This document shows, piece after piece, positions 38,801-50,911 of a DNA stretch of 64,000 nt. Within the stretch, counting starts at the first letter, position 1. Every line of letters begins with the position of its first letter. The notes beneath the pieces were generated by a model. That model did no database searches and was not told the origin of the DNA. It saw only the letters and a program-made list of their open reading frames with translations. This stretch comes from Styela clava (taxonomy: Eukaryota). The translations under genes and the position numbers were made by a program. The stretch spans positions 7,750,001-7,814,000 of the forward strand of contig NC_135253.1 of assembly GCF_964204865.1 (NCBI RefSeq). Direction: 5' to 3'.

Positions 38801-41497
38801 AATTTGTATTTATATGGTTAAAATAAATGTTAGTGGTCTTCGTAAAATTCTGTAATACATCTGTTGCTGTACTATTTTAGGTTAAAATGAACCGAATGCG
38901 GCAGAGGATTGCTCAACGACTGAAGGATTCGCAAAATACTGCTGCAATGTTAACCACATTCAATGAAATTGATATGACGTAAGGTCTTTTTTTTGTAGTT
39001 GCATAGTAAAAAATTTAGACTATAGAGTTATAAAGTTCAAATATTCAAATACCATACTGATAGTGCATTCATCTGATACGGAGAACGTGGAGTCAAAACA
39101 CATGTATTTGAAACAATATTGAAAACAAGGCTTGAATACTTCAATCTGTATATGCAGTATGTGAAATACCACCCTGCTAACCTATGGTAACACAGACCAT
39201 TAGCCATAATTTGCTTTACCCATGTATGACATATTTGTTACACTCAGGTCAATCAAGTATTCTTCTATTGTAACATCCTCTTGATCTTGATGTCCTTTTT
39301 CACTCTACAGAAATATTAAAGCATTGCGCAATAAGTATAAAGATGATTTTTTGAAGAAACATGGAATAAAATTGAGTTTCATGTCAGCATTCATTAAAGC
39401 ATCTGCCTATGCTTTACAAGACCAACCTGTTGTCAATGCAGGTAATTTTACAATTTTTCATTTAATTCTGTAAATATCCACAGTGAGTTTTGAGCTTTCA
39501 ATATTATATTACGCCAAGTCAATGTCTCACAGTGTTTTGTAATTGATGCTGTTTTCTCAATAAATTTCGATTTTTAGAATAAGAAGGATTGACCTTGACT
39601 TTGGTCAGTTGCTGTAAACAATATTCTGAAGGAATCTTATGATTTTGCATACTGAAAAATTTAGACTTCAGTTATGAAGATTAAATTATCAAGATACCAA
39701 TAGTACATGCTCGTGTCACAAATAATGTGGAGACAAAACTATTACATTAATAACTATTACTATCTATTACATTATTTTTGTTCACTTTTTACACCAGTGT
39801 TGTTAGTGGATATTTAATGTAATGTAATTACCAATTTTTTCTACAGTGATTGATGATGCTACCCAAGAAATGATATATAGAGACTATGTTGACATCAGTA
39901 TCGCCGTAGCAACACCCAGAGGCCTGGTTGTTCCTGTATTAAGGAACTGTGAAGCCATGAACTATAAACAAATTGAAAAAGAAATGAACGAACTTGCAGC
40001 TAAGGTTTGATTCAAACCATGATTGTCTGAAGATTGGTACCTGTTATGTAATTGGTGGTGCATGGTTAATAACGTTAGCTCCTTAAGTAGAAGCTTGACT
40101 ATGTGTTTGTTCAATGGTCAACTCCTGTCTGTTACCAGGTATATTAAATTGGGTAATGCAATAGGGGAATTGGGAAGGTGAGTTTTTTTAAACTCATACT
40201 TTAATTCCGTCATCTGTACAAGTAGATACTTGCCAAAACATGAGCAGTATTTTGAGTTTATGCTACAGTTCTGGAAATTAGACACTGAAAAAAGGCCAAG
40301 CCCTTATCAGTATCATGCAGTGTTATGGAGCACACTATCGTGATGGAATGTGCCTTATTACTATTTTGTATATATAGTTAGGCTAAAAGACATTCAGGTA
40401 ACATGTTTGTATCCTTCATTTTAATTTTACTACTTTTGGTTCTGCTATACAAGTAGTACTGTTTAAACAGATTTCAATATTATTAGTGATATGATTTGCC
40501 TAGTCGTTACCTGTATACCAACTCTTTTATAGAAATTTACTTATTATGTTATAAATTCGGTATCTCTTATGTGTTGCAAATTTTCATCAGTACTATAAAT
40601 TAGAATGCACGTAAATACAATTTATGACAATTTATAAACTGGTAAATTTGGTTTGAAAAATGAAAAAGTTTTGGTTTTTAACTAACTTATAAAATATCCT
40701 AAATCAAGGTCATATTCAACATTAAATTTAATTTTGTTGTCCAGTAGGCAATGACTACCAAAGTATAAACTCTTCTTGAAACTGTTATTCAACTTACAGC
40801 AACTGATTTTCTCAGCGTTTACTTTTTGCTGGTTTTTCAGGCAAGAAATAATGAACTTGCAGTTGAAGACATGGATGGGGGAACTTTCACAATTAGCAAT
40901 GGTGGTGTTTTTGGATCAATGTTTGGTACACCTATTATTAATCCACCTCAATCTGCAATTTTGGGAATGCATGCTATTTTTGATAGGCCAGTTGCAATTG
41001 ATGGAAAAGTAAGAATCTGATAATTTATATGTTGTTTTGAAATGGCTGTTGCATAGCTAAACATAAAATAGGATTGGTAGACTTGGATGTGTGAATTTGA
41101 GAAAAGTTTTACTAAATATTTTGACTATTTAGAGTAGGTATTATTTGATGAATAATTTTATAGCAAGTGTATGGTATGGAAGGTATTTATTTGTCTAAGT
41201 TATGGTATAATAAACACTTCATAAGTATATTTTTAACATATTTATTTTTTTCATATATATATATTTTAGAGTTATTTTGCTCTATTCTACTAGAGTCATT
41301 CTACTGATTGTAATTTTCCACCGTGCCAACTGTTTTATTAAACCTATTTTAAATAATTTCAGGTTGAGATACGTCCCATGATGTATGTTGCTTTAACGTA
41401 TGATCACAGGCTGGTGGATGGCAGGGAAGCTGTCACGTTTCTACGCAAAATCAAGCAAGCCGTGGAAGATCCACAGATTTTACTTTTAGATTTATGA
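32845..41497 (+). CDS. DLST: Dihydrolipoyllysine-residue succinyltransferase (E2 of 2-oxoglutarate dehydrogenase), mitochondrial
   Basis: 12 exons: 32845-32937, 33119-33171, 33496-33572, 33684-33755, 37025-37080, 37394-37499, 38101-38345, 38881-38978, 39311-39441, 39847-40004, 40841-41008, 41363-41497 (1392 nt, 463 aa + stop). Arg/Ser-rich presequence, lipoyl domain [18 protein letters not shown], Pro/Ala linker, [30 protein letters not shown], catalytic YDHRLVDG. Exons 1-3 are least certain. Confidence 0.96.
33793..35751. mobile_element. Non-autonomous hAT element in DLST intron 4
   Basis: TIRs CATAGGTTCTCAAA / TTTGAGAACCCCTG; subterminal GGGCTCCG repeats; perfect 8-bp TSD ATTTAGGG. Confidence 0.85.
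34394..34772. repeat. Long inverted repeat (183-bp arms, 13-nt spacer)
   Basis: 34394-34576 is the reverse complement of 34590-34772 with about 5 mismatches. Confidence 0.95.
36107..36615. mobile_element. hAT MITE
   Basis: TIRs CAGGGGTGGCCAACC / GGTTGGCCACCCCTG; GGCTC subterminal motifs; partial TSD (TAGTA). Confidence 0.8.
37757..38062. mobile_element. hAT MITE
   Basis: TIRs CAGGGGTGTGCAA / TTGCACACCCCTG; TSD AATTAAAT / ACTTAAAT. Confidence 0.82.
38459..38736. mobile_element. Diverged hAT MITE
   Basis: CAGTAGTTTTCAA...TTGAAAACAACT with GGGGTTC subterminal motifs. Confidence 0.6.
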
Positions 41498-41609
41498 TCG
41501 CACATATAGTAGACAAGAAGATTCATTATTATATTGTAATCTATTTTGGCCTCCGTGGCCTGTTTTGTTCGACTTCAAATATGCGCTTCAATATTTTCGT
41601 TGGGATGCC

Positions 41610-41683
41610 GCCTTCTTGAATGCCTGTTTGAAACTATACTAGTTCAGCCTTCTTGAATGCCTGTTTGAAACTATACTAGTTCA
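41610..41683. repeat. Perfect 37-bp tandem duplication in the DLST 3' UTR
   Basis: GCCTTCTTGAATGCCTGTTTGAAACTATACTAGTTCA x2. Confidence 0.95.
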
Positions 41684-41809
41684 ATTTTGATTTTTTTCAA
41701 GCAATATCTCATTGTGCGAAAGTTAAGTTCAAAAATCTTGAGTCTGGTGTGCCCTTGTAAAATTTATTGGTCTGTGTAATAACTGAAGAAAATACACTCA
41801 TGGCATTCA

Positions 41810-42450
41810 GAATTCGTTCTCAAATCTCTGAACGGCTGTGCACTTTTTCTGTTTGCTCATTATTCTCTTTAGAGTAGACCAACAATGTGGTGCTGTATAT
41901 TGAAATTTGCAAAGATCAAAACTTAGCAATAGGATTAAGCAGACAGGGTTGGTAAAAGCTGGCTGACCGGTTGATGTCGCAGAACAAATGGGACAGATTG
42001 GGCTCTAGTTCTTGTATTCAACGGGTTGGGGCCGGCGTGTCTTGAAATTGCTAGGTCTTGAATAAGAATAGTTAACCGGATGCCCTTAATTGTTCCTAAA
42101 ACTGTGGGAATGTGTAAAGCTGAGAACATCTTGCCATGGCGAGGGGCAGGATTATGTTTCAAACTTTAATCCAGGTGAGGCGATGCTATTTTGATATTAA
42201 ATTGCGTGAGGATTGCCAAAGGAAGCTGGTTTTATATTAGTTTAATCTGCGTCCCCTAAAAGAGAGCCACGCCAAAATTTCGTATTTACACAACCTTGTT
42301 ACAGGAAGAACCAAACAGCCTCAAAAAATCCACGTTCATAATCTTCAATTCACCTCCAGGTATGATATTTCTGATTTGCGGCAAGAGCTTATTTTTAAAT
42401 ATCCATTAAGCTTTGCACGCAATCATTTCACGTACACTTAACTTAGACAA
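41810..42450 (-). mobile_element. Possible decayed LINE (CR1/L2-like) 3' fragment
   Basis: Broken minus-strand translations KSEISYLEV (cf. YLGV) and FQYTAPHCWSTL (cf. F.Y.AP.LWN.LP); GC higher than flanks. Confidence 0.3.
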
Positions 42451-43019
42451 AAATAAACGGGACAGAATTTTAAGATTCTTTAAAAAAAAAAATTTTCCCG
42501 AGGATTGACATAAACTGCCGAGTTCAGGTATTATATCACAAGATTGGAAAGGTGAAATATACGGTGCCATCAAATTTATGACTCCCCACCGTATTTATTT
42601 ATCCCTTATCATATCTATACTGCTTTCGGATATTATTTACATATTCATCCCACGTCTTAATTAAGAATAGGATGTACATAGTTATCCTGATTGTTATATG
42701 CGAAAAATGAACAATAAAATTTGTAGTTTGTAAAAACACTTCATAGGGCTTTAGTTTAATATTTACGGTTTAACCAGAAGTTTCCATTCAACGTTTTTAG
42801 TTCTGTAGTTTATTTTTACTCATTCACCCCCCTCTTTCGCATTGGAAACTGCACTAAATCGCGGAAATGTATGTGCAGTTAGCTTCGCGATTATATCAAT
42901 GAATAATCATAAATGGGTGATGACACAAAGATGTTTTAAAAGTTTAATTTTTTACAAGCTGATAATAAAACGAAATGGCCCGAAGGAGATACTTTATTAT
43001 AACATTTTTTTAAAAACGG

Positions 43020-43261
43020 GCGCAGCCGATATTAAAGTGCGTCTCGATTAACGGCCGGGAGGATTTTTGGTATTTCTATTTTATCTGCTGGGCGTTGTCG
43101 AGCGTGAAGTGGAGGTGAGCGTTTTGTCTTGTCCTGCTGCTTTCGCGGTCCGTACGTTTTGCTTTGATTAGTGCATGGGCCTGCGCTTCAATGAGTGTCA
43201 CCATGTGTTGGCTATATATTTAGATAGATGAATAGTTAGTGTATTAGATAGCGTTGTAAGT
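43020..43261 (+). promoter_or_regulatory. Candidate promoter and non-coding first exon of the ERM gene
   Basis: Locally CpG-rich segment ending in a strong donor (GCGTT|gtaagt, about 43256). An unpaired acceptor (ttttcaattctcag, ending about 50849) lies about 60 nt before the ERM ATG. Confidence 0.4.
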
Positions 43262-44300
43262 TATATATTTGTTATAAGGAATAATTTTTGGCTGCAGAGG
43301 TTTCACAGTATCATCATTCAAGTCGGTTTTAAAGTAACATTTTCAATCCCATATTTTATATATTTTCGAAAAGTTGGGAAGCTTGCGATCGGACAAGATT
43401 TTTTTTCTAATTTTCCATATTTAATTAAATAGACTACTTATGATGTTAAATACATTTAAACCAGAAAACACAATTTGAGCTAGGGCAGTAGGGTGGCTTA
43501 GCTACTTTGAGGCCACAACCTATTTGCAGCCCTCAACTTAATAGTCTTAATTAATGTCGAAAAATTTAACGAACCGCGACGATATTTATCTCAAGTTATC
43601 GTCCACTTATCCCTCGTAGCTCCAGAGCTCTGCGAAATTACACTAAAATGTGATCACAAACAACGAAGTTACGACCGAAGCAAAAAAGCGGACCATTTTT
43701 CCATTTCGCCAACTACCCATTGTCCTCGTAGGAAAGCTTGAAAATTCATAGAAACACAAGAAATAAAAAGATGAAACGTGTCAGGTGTGTAGAGTTGTGT
43801 TTCTTTCAACCATCTTCAAAGTTTCGCGTTTCCACATTTAAAGTGGGGGGGGGGGGTGGCATTTCCAATAGGTCGATAATATCTTTGTCGACCAATTTGT
43901 TTTTGTGTATTTGATTGCTGCGATGCGGTGCTTTGTTTGTAATTTGACGAGTTGTTTGAAAAAAACGTGTTCTTAAAATCTAAGCGGTCAGAAAGGCAAT
44001 TAAAAGCCTGTTCTTTTCAGGCATGGCTGCGTATGTTGTAGTATGAAGCAGAAATGATGTTCAAGGCTCGAAATCCGTGGTCGCACACTGGTTGTTCGGT
44101 CGCAAATATGTCTTACTTTGGTGGATTGTATAGCTTTAACCCTAGTCGTAGAAAGTTAATTTGAGTTGTTGCGTGTGGAATAAATGCCAATGCACCTACA
44201 GTGAAAAAATTAACTGATTAGAAATATTGGTTTTTATTTTATATCGGTTCGGATGAAATTGTCCACAGACTGGCTGTACCACCCTAGTTATGTTCTGCCT

Positions 44301-44430
44301 GTCGGTGTGGCTCATCATGCTGAGCGTTTTGAATACCCTTGCCACCACACCTATGAGAGGGGTGTTTTGCCATATGACTAAGCTGTCTTATCACCTTTCC
44401 TTTCCTCCGGAAGAAATATGTAAATCCTAG
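44301..44430 (+). mobile_element. Internally deleted SINE (head joined to tail)
   Basis: CGGTGTGGCTCA..GAGCGTTTTGAATAC..GCCACCACACCT joined to GCCATATG..AAGCTGTCTTATC..AAATATGTAAATCCTA. Confidence 0.7.
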
Positions 44431-45550
44431 CCAGTGTGCAGCATTTTCAAGTGCACCAATCTTAAATTTTTGGTGTACTTTTTTCGTTCTTAAGCAAATA
44501 AAAATTACAGAATTGCATTACAGAGTCTGAACTTGCAATGTTGACCCTACAATTTTTCATGCTATGGTCTGAAATCTTCCCTACATCTGTACACCATGCA
44601 CTTTAGAATAAATTTGTTACTTCCGAAGGTTAACTTTATAACTTAAAGTCCACCCCTGAAACAACATATTTTTGTAATTTTATAAGGTTTTTTGACAACT
44701 ATACTATAAGAAAAGTCATGATGTTGGCAATTTGCAATTTCAATCATTTAGTGATGACATGCTTTTTTTCTGCTGAATAACTACAATAATATTTGTGCCC
44801 AAACTAAAACTATCCTTTCATGTCATCAGATAAGATCTTTCTAGTTTATTTATGCATGAAAATTGTATAATTTTTAGAATTGTGTATTGACTTGATGTGA
44901 AAATTGCAGTAGCTATTGCTACTGGTCTGAGGATATATACCATGTTTATTCATGATTTTCTCGTTAGGAATATCAAATTCATTTGTATCTGCAAGTGATA
45001 TTAGTAAAATCTGAATCCTCAAACTTCAACATCTCGGATTCAACATTTCAATTGAAATTAAGTATTCATGCCTTTATGAGTAAGCCATCTTTGCCAACAG
45101 CAGTATTGAACTTGATAAGACACCAAATATTATGGTCATGTTACCACAAGTTAAGTGTTCAATCAGGATTTGAATAGCTGAATGCATGCTTAGATTAATC
45201 AGTTCCAAAGCGTTTCCAATGAAAATATTACTGGAGGTGCCAGTGATATAACATGCGAAATATTTCACAAACTTAAATAACGAAGTTGATTAACAGCATG
45301 ATAAATGCTGTTATGGTTATTTTTTATTGTGTCAATTTTAAAATTAAAATTATTTAATAAAACTATATTCAGATGATTAAAATTTGTTTTATCCTTGTAA
45401 AATCTGACACACATTTTTAGTGCAGTTTCAATATATGCCAGATTTTACATATTAGCACATTACCATGACTTTATTGTTAAATAGTTGCATTAGAATATTT
45501 GAAATTAAGCCTAATAATTTCAGAACACAGCTCTAGATGATATATCAATA

Positions 45551-45753
45551 GGTTCCATTACATTTGAACCCACGTACATTTGAACCCATGGCAATTGCAC
45601 CTGTATGCTATTGCACCTATGAAAATTTTTTTGTTTTTCGGATAGTTGAACCCACACTAACCCTAACCCATGGGTTTTAGCACCCGCATATAGATTGAAC
45701 CCGTGGATATACACATGGGTTGAAATGTACGTGGGTTCAAAGGTACGGTCACC
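45551..45753. mobile_element. MULE-like MITE with internal CTAACCCTAACCC
   Basis: Perfect 9-bp TSD ATATCAATA; TIRs containing TTTGAACCCACGTACATTT / AAATGTACGTGGGTTCAAA. Confidence 0.82.
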
Positions 45754-45797
45754 ATATCAATATATTCATATATATATACATATATATATATATATAA
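45754..45797. repeat. (TA)n microsatellite
   Basis: Interrupted TA run. Confidence 0.8.
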
Positions 45798-48554
45798 TCA
45801 CTTCTAGTTAAAACCCTCCTTAAATATTACATGTAACTTAGGGAGTTACTGTGAATGAAATCTCCATAACTCTTGACCCAATTCTGTAAAACATCATATG
45901 CTGCGAGGTGTCATGTTGCAATATTTATCAAAGATCATGACATTGCTGAAATTGTTATGGAGAAGGATTCAGTAGTTCCGTAATACCTTGAGTGCTTCCA
46001 AGAGATGTTAAAAGACTTTCATTTGATTTATTGAAGTATATTTGGAATCTTCGTGAATTATTAAAAATAAGATAAATGACTTATACTCATATTATCACAA
46101 GAATCATCAGTAATTATCTCTTTGTTTTGGGTTTGAAGTGCGAGTATGCTAATTCCTGTTTTAGATGACTATTTGAACACTGGAGTAGATTGGACCCCTC
46201 TAATAATTGAAGTTAATTTGTGGCTCTGACTACAAACAATTAAATAGGCCCATTCAAATTTTATTGTCTCTCGTTTTGCCTTCAATATCTGAAGTAAATG
46301 TGCCTGATTATAAACAATTAAATCATTTTATTCAGTGTTATTACATTACCGGTTACAATTTTTATGCAGGTTGACTGGGTTCAATTTTTCGTTTTTACCA
46401 ATGTGAAAATTTGGTTTAGAACTATAATAACAACAAGGTTAAGGTGGTGATAGTTTGGATTTGACTTCACGAAGCTTTGATGGTTACATTGATACAAAGC
46501 ACCCACTGCTCAATTGTAAGGTACCTTGTTTTCTTTGGTGTTTGAGTGCCAATGAAAACAAAGTATATCACAGTTGCGAATTGTTAATATGTATTCTCGT
46601 TGGACTTTATCCGTTACCATGTTATATAATTTTGTGGCTTATTTTGAAATGTTGGCAATTAATTTACTTGGTCTAATTGAGTGATAATCAAGTGCCTGGT
46701 TTTTGTTTCATAAAAACGAAAGCATATAGCTTGAAGGCTTTGGTTTCATAGTTGGAAATTTATAATAACTAAGCAGACAATGAACCAGACACATTTACAG
46801 TTTCATTCATATTGATTAGTGATTAATGTAATATTTTGACTGTTGAAAATGAAGGAATATAAGGTATCGGTACACTAGATAATCTCCATAGTATGTATGC
46901 TCATTAGCCTCATTTTTTTTTAAATGACTATTGACATTTATATGTAATTAAAGAGGTATATGCTTGTGTAAATTGCTTCATTAATGTTTAACTTGTGTTT
47001 TAGGCTAGAATTTTTTTTACAAGTATGACTGTAATTTGTCTAACCATGGTATCAGTGTAATCACTTCAGGGAAATTTGCCATTGTATTGATTTTTGAGTT
47101 ATTGTGAACTGGAAACTGATGTTACAACAACGAACAATTATAATTCATTAAAATATTAATATTGACAAGTAACAAAAGAGACTGTCGCTAAACTCCATTT
47201 TAGCCAGACATACGGTAACTTAATTATTGGCCCTAGTTACTTATGTGAAGGTTTTAAGAGAAGAGTTGCAGTCACTCATTGTTAGTTGACTATTCAATGT
47301 ATTTATACTTGTTGTTTTTGCAATATTTCATTCTGAATAGAAGCCTGAAACAGCTGTAGGATTGATTACTGTTATTGGAAACAACGTTTTTTTATTTTTT
47401 TCAATTTACTAAATTTCATGTAAAAGGGATTACATAAGATAAAGTTGGCATGCGAAATGTCAAATATAAGACAGACTAAAACAAGTTTCATTTTCTTCAG
47501 CATCAACATCACCCTAAGTACGGTAAATTTTCATGAAACTAACTTGCGAACTCTCATAACAGCTTTGAAAAAGTGTTTGCAACATAGTTCTCTCATAACA
47601 AACAACTCTTCGAGATGGAAAAAAAAAATTAAATATAATGGATTTTGATCCACCGTAGTTATTTCTTTTTACTATATTGGCAAAGTTCTATACAATCAGA
47701 TATCCTGGCTGGTATCATGGTTATAATAGAGTATCATTGTGAATCACATTAACTATGGGCCACAGTCTTTATGCTGTGCGAGGAAGAAAAAAAAAGTTGC
47801 TATTATAATCATGATTGTGTAGTTAGTCACATCAATGAATTCAAAATCTTGAGTTTTTGTTCTCATAAGTATATTTCTACCCAGACTTGGCCCGACTCAA
47901 TATGTGTGTTAGTGTGTAATGCCCTGTAATAGTTGGGTCGGACTGTCTTAACCAAATGCAGAAACTTTTTTTGATTTATCGTCAACTAAAAAAACACAGA
48001 GACTCGACCAAACTTGTGTCGATCTTGAACGATAAGACGACTTGGATTCCAGAAATATGTAAGATTTTGGGAGTGCAAAATAAATGTGACAAAGTACTTT
48101 GTTTTGCGATATAACTTTTTATTTTCGGTAAAGGCGCGGTTTAAAGGTATTCAGAATATGCGCAAATAATATTTTATCGAAATTCATCCCACTTAATGGT
48201 ATAACATTTAATGCCTGGTATGTGGTTTACATCATTTATTTCGGCAGAAATCGCTTTAATGTAAAATGAAGCATGATAATCGGAATATCGCCAGTAAGTC
48301 GGCACCAATAATTATTATATGTCAACAAGAGAGTAAAGATGGAAGTGTAAAAATTGCGCAATAACGAGTCTTCGCTGTAAGGTGTTCATCGTCGTCTTCT
48401 CATTCTAAATATGTCGGATGAGATTATCATGTTCGATGTCGGTTGTTTTCAAGGGTTCTTTGTATAATCAACTAGAGAAAACACACGTTGTTGATTAATA
48501 AATTAGAAACGATATACAAAAATGATCACTTGCCAACAAACAAGGAGAAACCAA

Positions 48555-48628
48555 ATCCTGTTATCGGATCCTTTTGGATTCGAATACTTTGATTCGAATC
48601 CTCCGGATTTGGTAATTGCCCATCCCTA
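48555..48628. mobile_element. Right end of a TAGGG-family hAT element
   Basis: GATTCGAAT repeats ending TTGCCCATCCCTA; left end not identified. Confidence 0.55.
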
Positions 48629-50911
48629 GGTTGTGATGATTATCAAGCAATTCACATGGCATTGCTCAAGATGTGATACACGAAAGTGTACTATTCAGCT
48701 AATAATTCTGAAACCAATTTGAATAGTTTTTTATACATAAGAGGTTGATTACATTTGAAAATATTTCATATTGTTGAATTATTGTGGTATAATAACATCT
48801 CATCATAAAAATTTCACATCATGTTTCTTAAATCATCTCTCTTCATTGTAGATTCAAAATACAGGAAGTTGTGTCACTATACCTATGTTTCTGTATAAGT
48901 ATAATATACAGTATTATGTAGGAGGATTGAGTTGCGTCACAAAGCTGATATTTTTTCTTTAATAGCTCAAGGAAGTGTATCTTCCTACTTGTCATACACC
49001 ACGCCTCTCAATCAGTCTTTGTTCAATACAGGCCCTGTTTACTGAGCAATTATTCTATCATTTCTCTTAAGCAGAGTTAAATACCGAACAGTTTGATTAC
49101 CAATTACAATGGGAAAAATTACATTACCATTACATTTAATTGAACCGCAACTTTATCACTATTCAGACCTGACTGTCCGAATGACAATGGTCACAATATC
49201 ATTCGAAAAATTAAATTTGAAAATTACTTGTATTTGAACGATCAACCTTTAATATTTTGAGGCATTGTTAGCAACTAGATCGGCCAAAAATTGATTTCTT
49301 TGACGTCTGATAAATGTTTAGTCAAGTAAAGTTGTTTTTACAATTATACAATCATTAAATATACCTAATCACAAAACTAATTGTAAAAAGATTTATATTT
49401 GTGTGAAAAGAACAGTAGTGGAGAATGAAGCATATTTCTGGTAAGGTAATGATAACAATTTTCACATTTCAATATTTTCTTATTACAGTGAATTTAACTC
49501 GATCTTATAATACTTAATTTTTTAACAGTCCTCTCTTTATTATTTTAAACTGAGTTATGTTTGAACAAAAAGACTCTTTTTGTTAGTTGTTACACCTTTT
49601 TGGTTTAGGTTTGATTAATGACGTTTGGCAAACATAGAGTGATTCATAGCTTGAAGTTCACACCCCTTGATGTTTCAAAACTACTTATATAGCCTGGTTC
49701 ACAGTTCTCCTAATTCATTTCTCACTGTACCTTTAGGTTTTAGTATCCCAGAAACATACATATGTATCTGAATCTAATTGATCTTAGGAATATATTTGGA
49801 AAAAACTTTCTTAAAAGTAGGTCTGTGCAAAATTTTGTTGGTTCGATGACTTAATAAAGCTTAGAGTAAGATACGTTGAATTATGTTGGGATCGAAGGTG
49901 AAACATCTTTGGTTCAGATCCTATACCCATCGTATCACCCAGAGTGTAATAAATTAGGTACGGTAGGCAATGCCAAACTGTCAAACACTTTTGCCCTATC
50001 GAAGAAGTGGCCGATAGACTACTCAAGATGGTAGTATATAAATTGGTAAGTAAACAATGCCTACAAAATACAGGTATTGTTCATTTTTGGGCTACTCTGG
50101 AAAAATTTATGTCCATCATGATCTATAATTTTAAAATATTCTATTCTAAAATGTTCTATTCAGACTCTGGTAATTAGTTGAATAATATTCAATAATTTTT
50201 TCAAGAGGCTGTGTACTTTTGTGTTCAAGTTTAGGCCAATATTAATATTTCTTTTTGTGAGGATAATGTGTGTATTGAATTCTATGTCAAGAGCCATTGA
50301 ACACTCTTGTATTCCCAATGAACTTATCCAGTTAGCATACAAGATAGGAATGATTAATTTATGGTTTGATTTTGAAAATGAACAAGTAGCGTAGAATTAC
50401 TGATTTTGTAATTGAACGGCCTTCTAGTTATGTCATTGAACTTTTTTATTCGGAGTTTATTTATAATATTTTTGGCATTAATTGTGCATGCTGTTATTCA
50501 AGTAAAGTATGAATTTTGAGTTATAGGCAGGGATTACCAAAATGAATTGAATATTCAAATAATATCAAAATTCATACATACCGGTATGTTGGATTTAAGA
50601 TATTGATATAAGATAGGCAGGTTAAAGTCAGGCTTAGGTAATTACTAATAATTGTAGGAAAAAGAAAAACTTACTAATCTTTCTACATAATAAAATGGGT
50701 AATCTGTACATATTCACTGCTGAACATGAATCCCATTTTAAAAAAGGGCCGATATATCATATTGAAAATAGATTTTAGAATGTAGATTTTCCGTTTTGGC
50801 TAGTTTATATATAATATTAATATACGTGTGACACTTTTCAATTCTCAGATTGTCTATTTACAAGTCTCAATAATTATTTATCTTGAAAAGTGATCTCCAT
50901 TAACGAGCATC

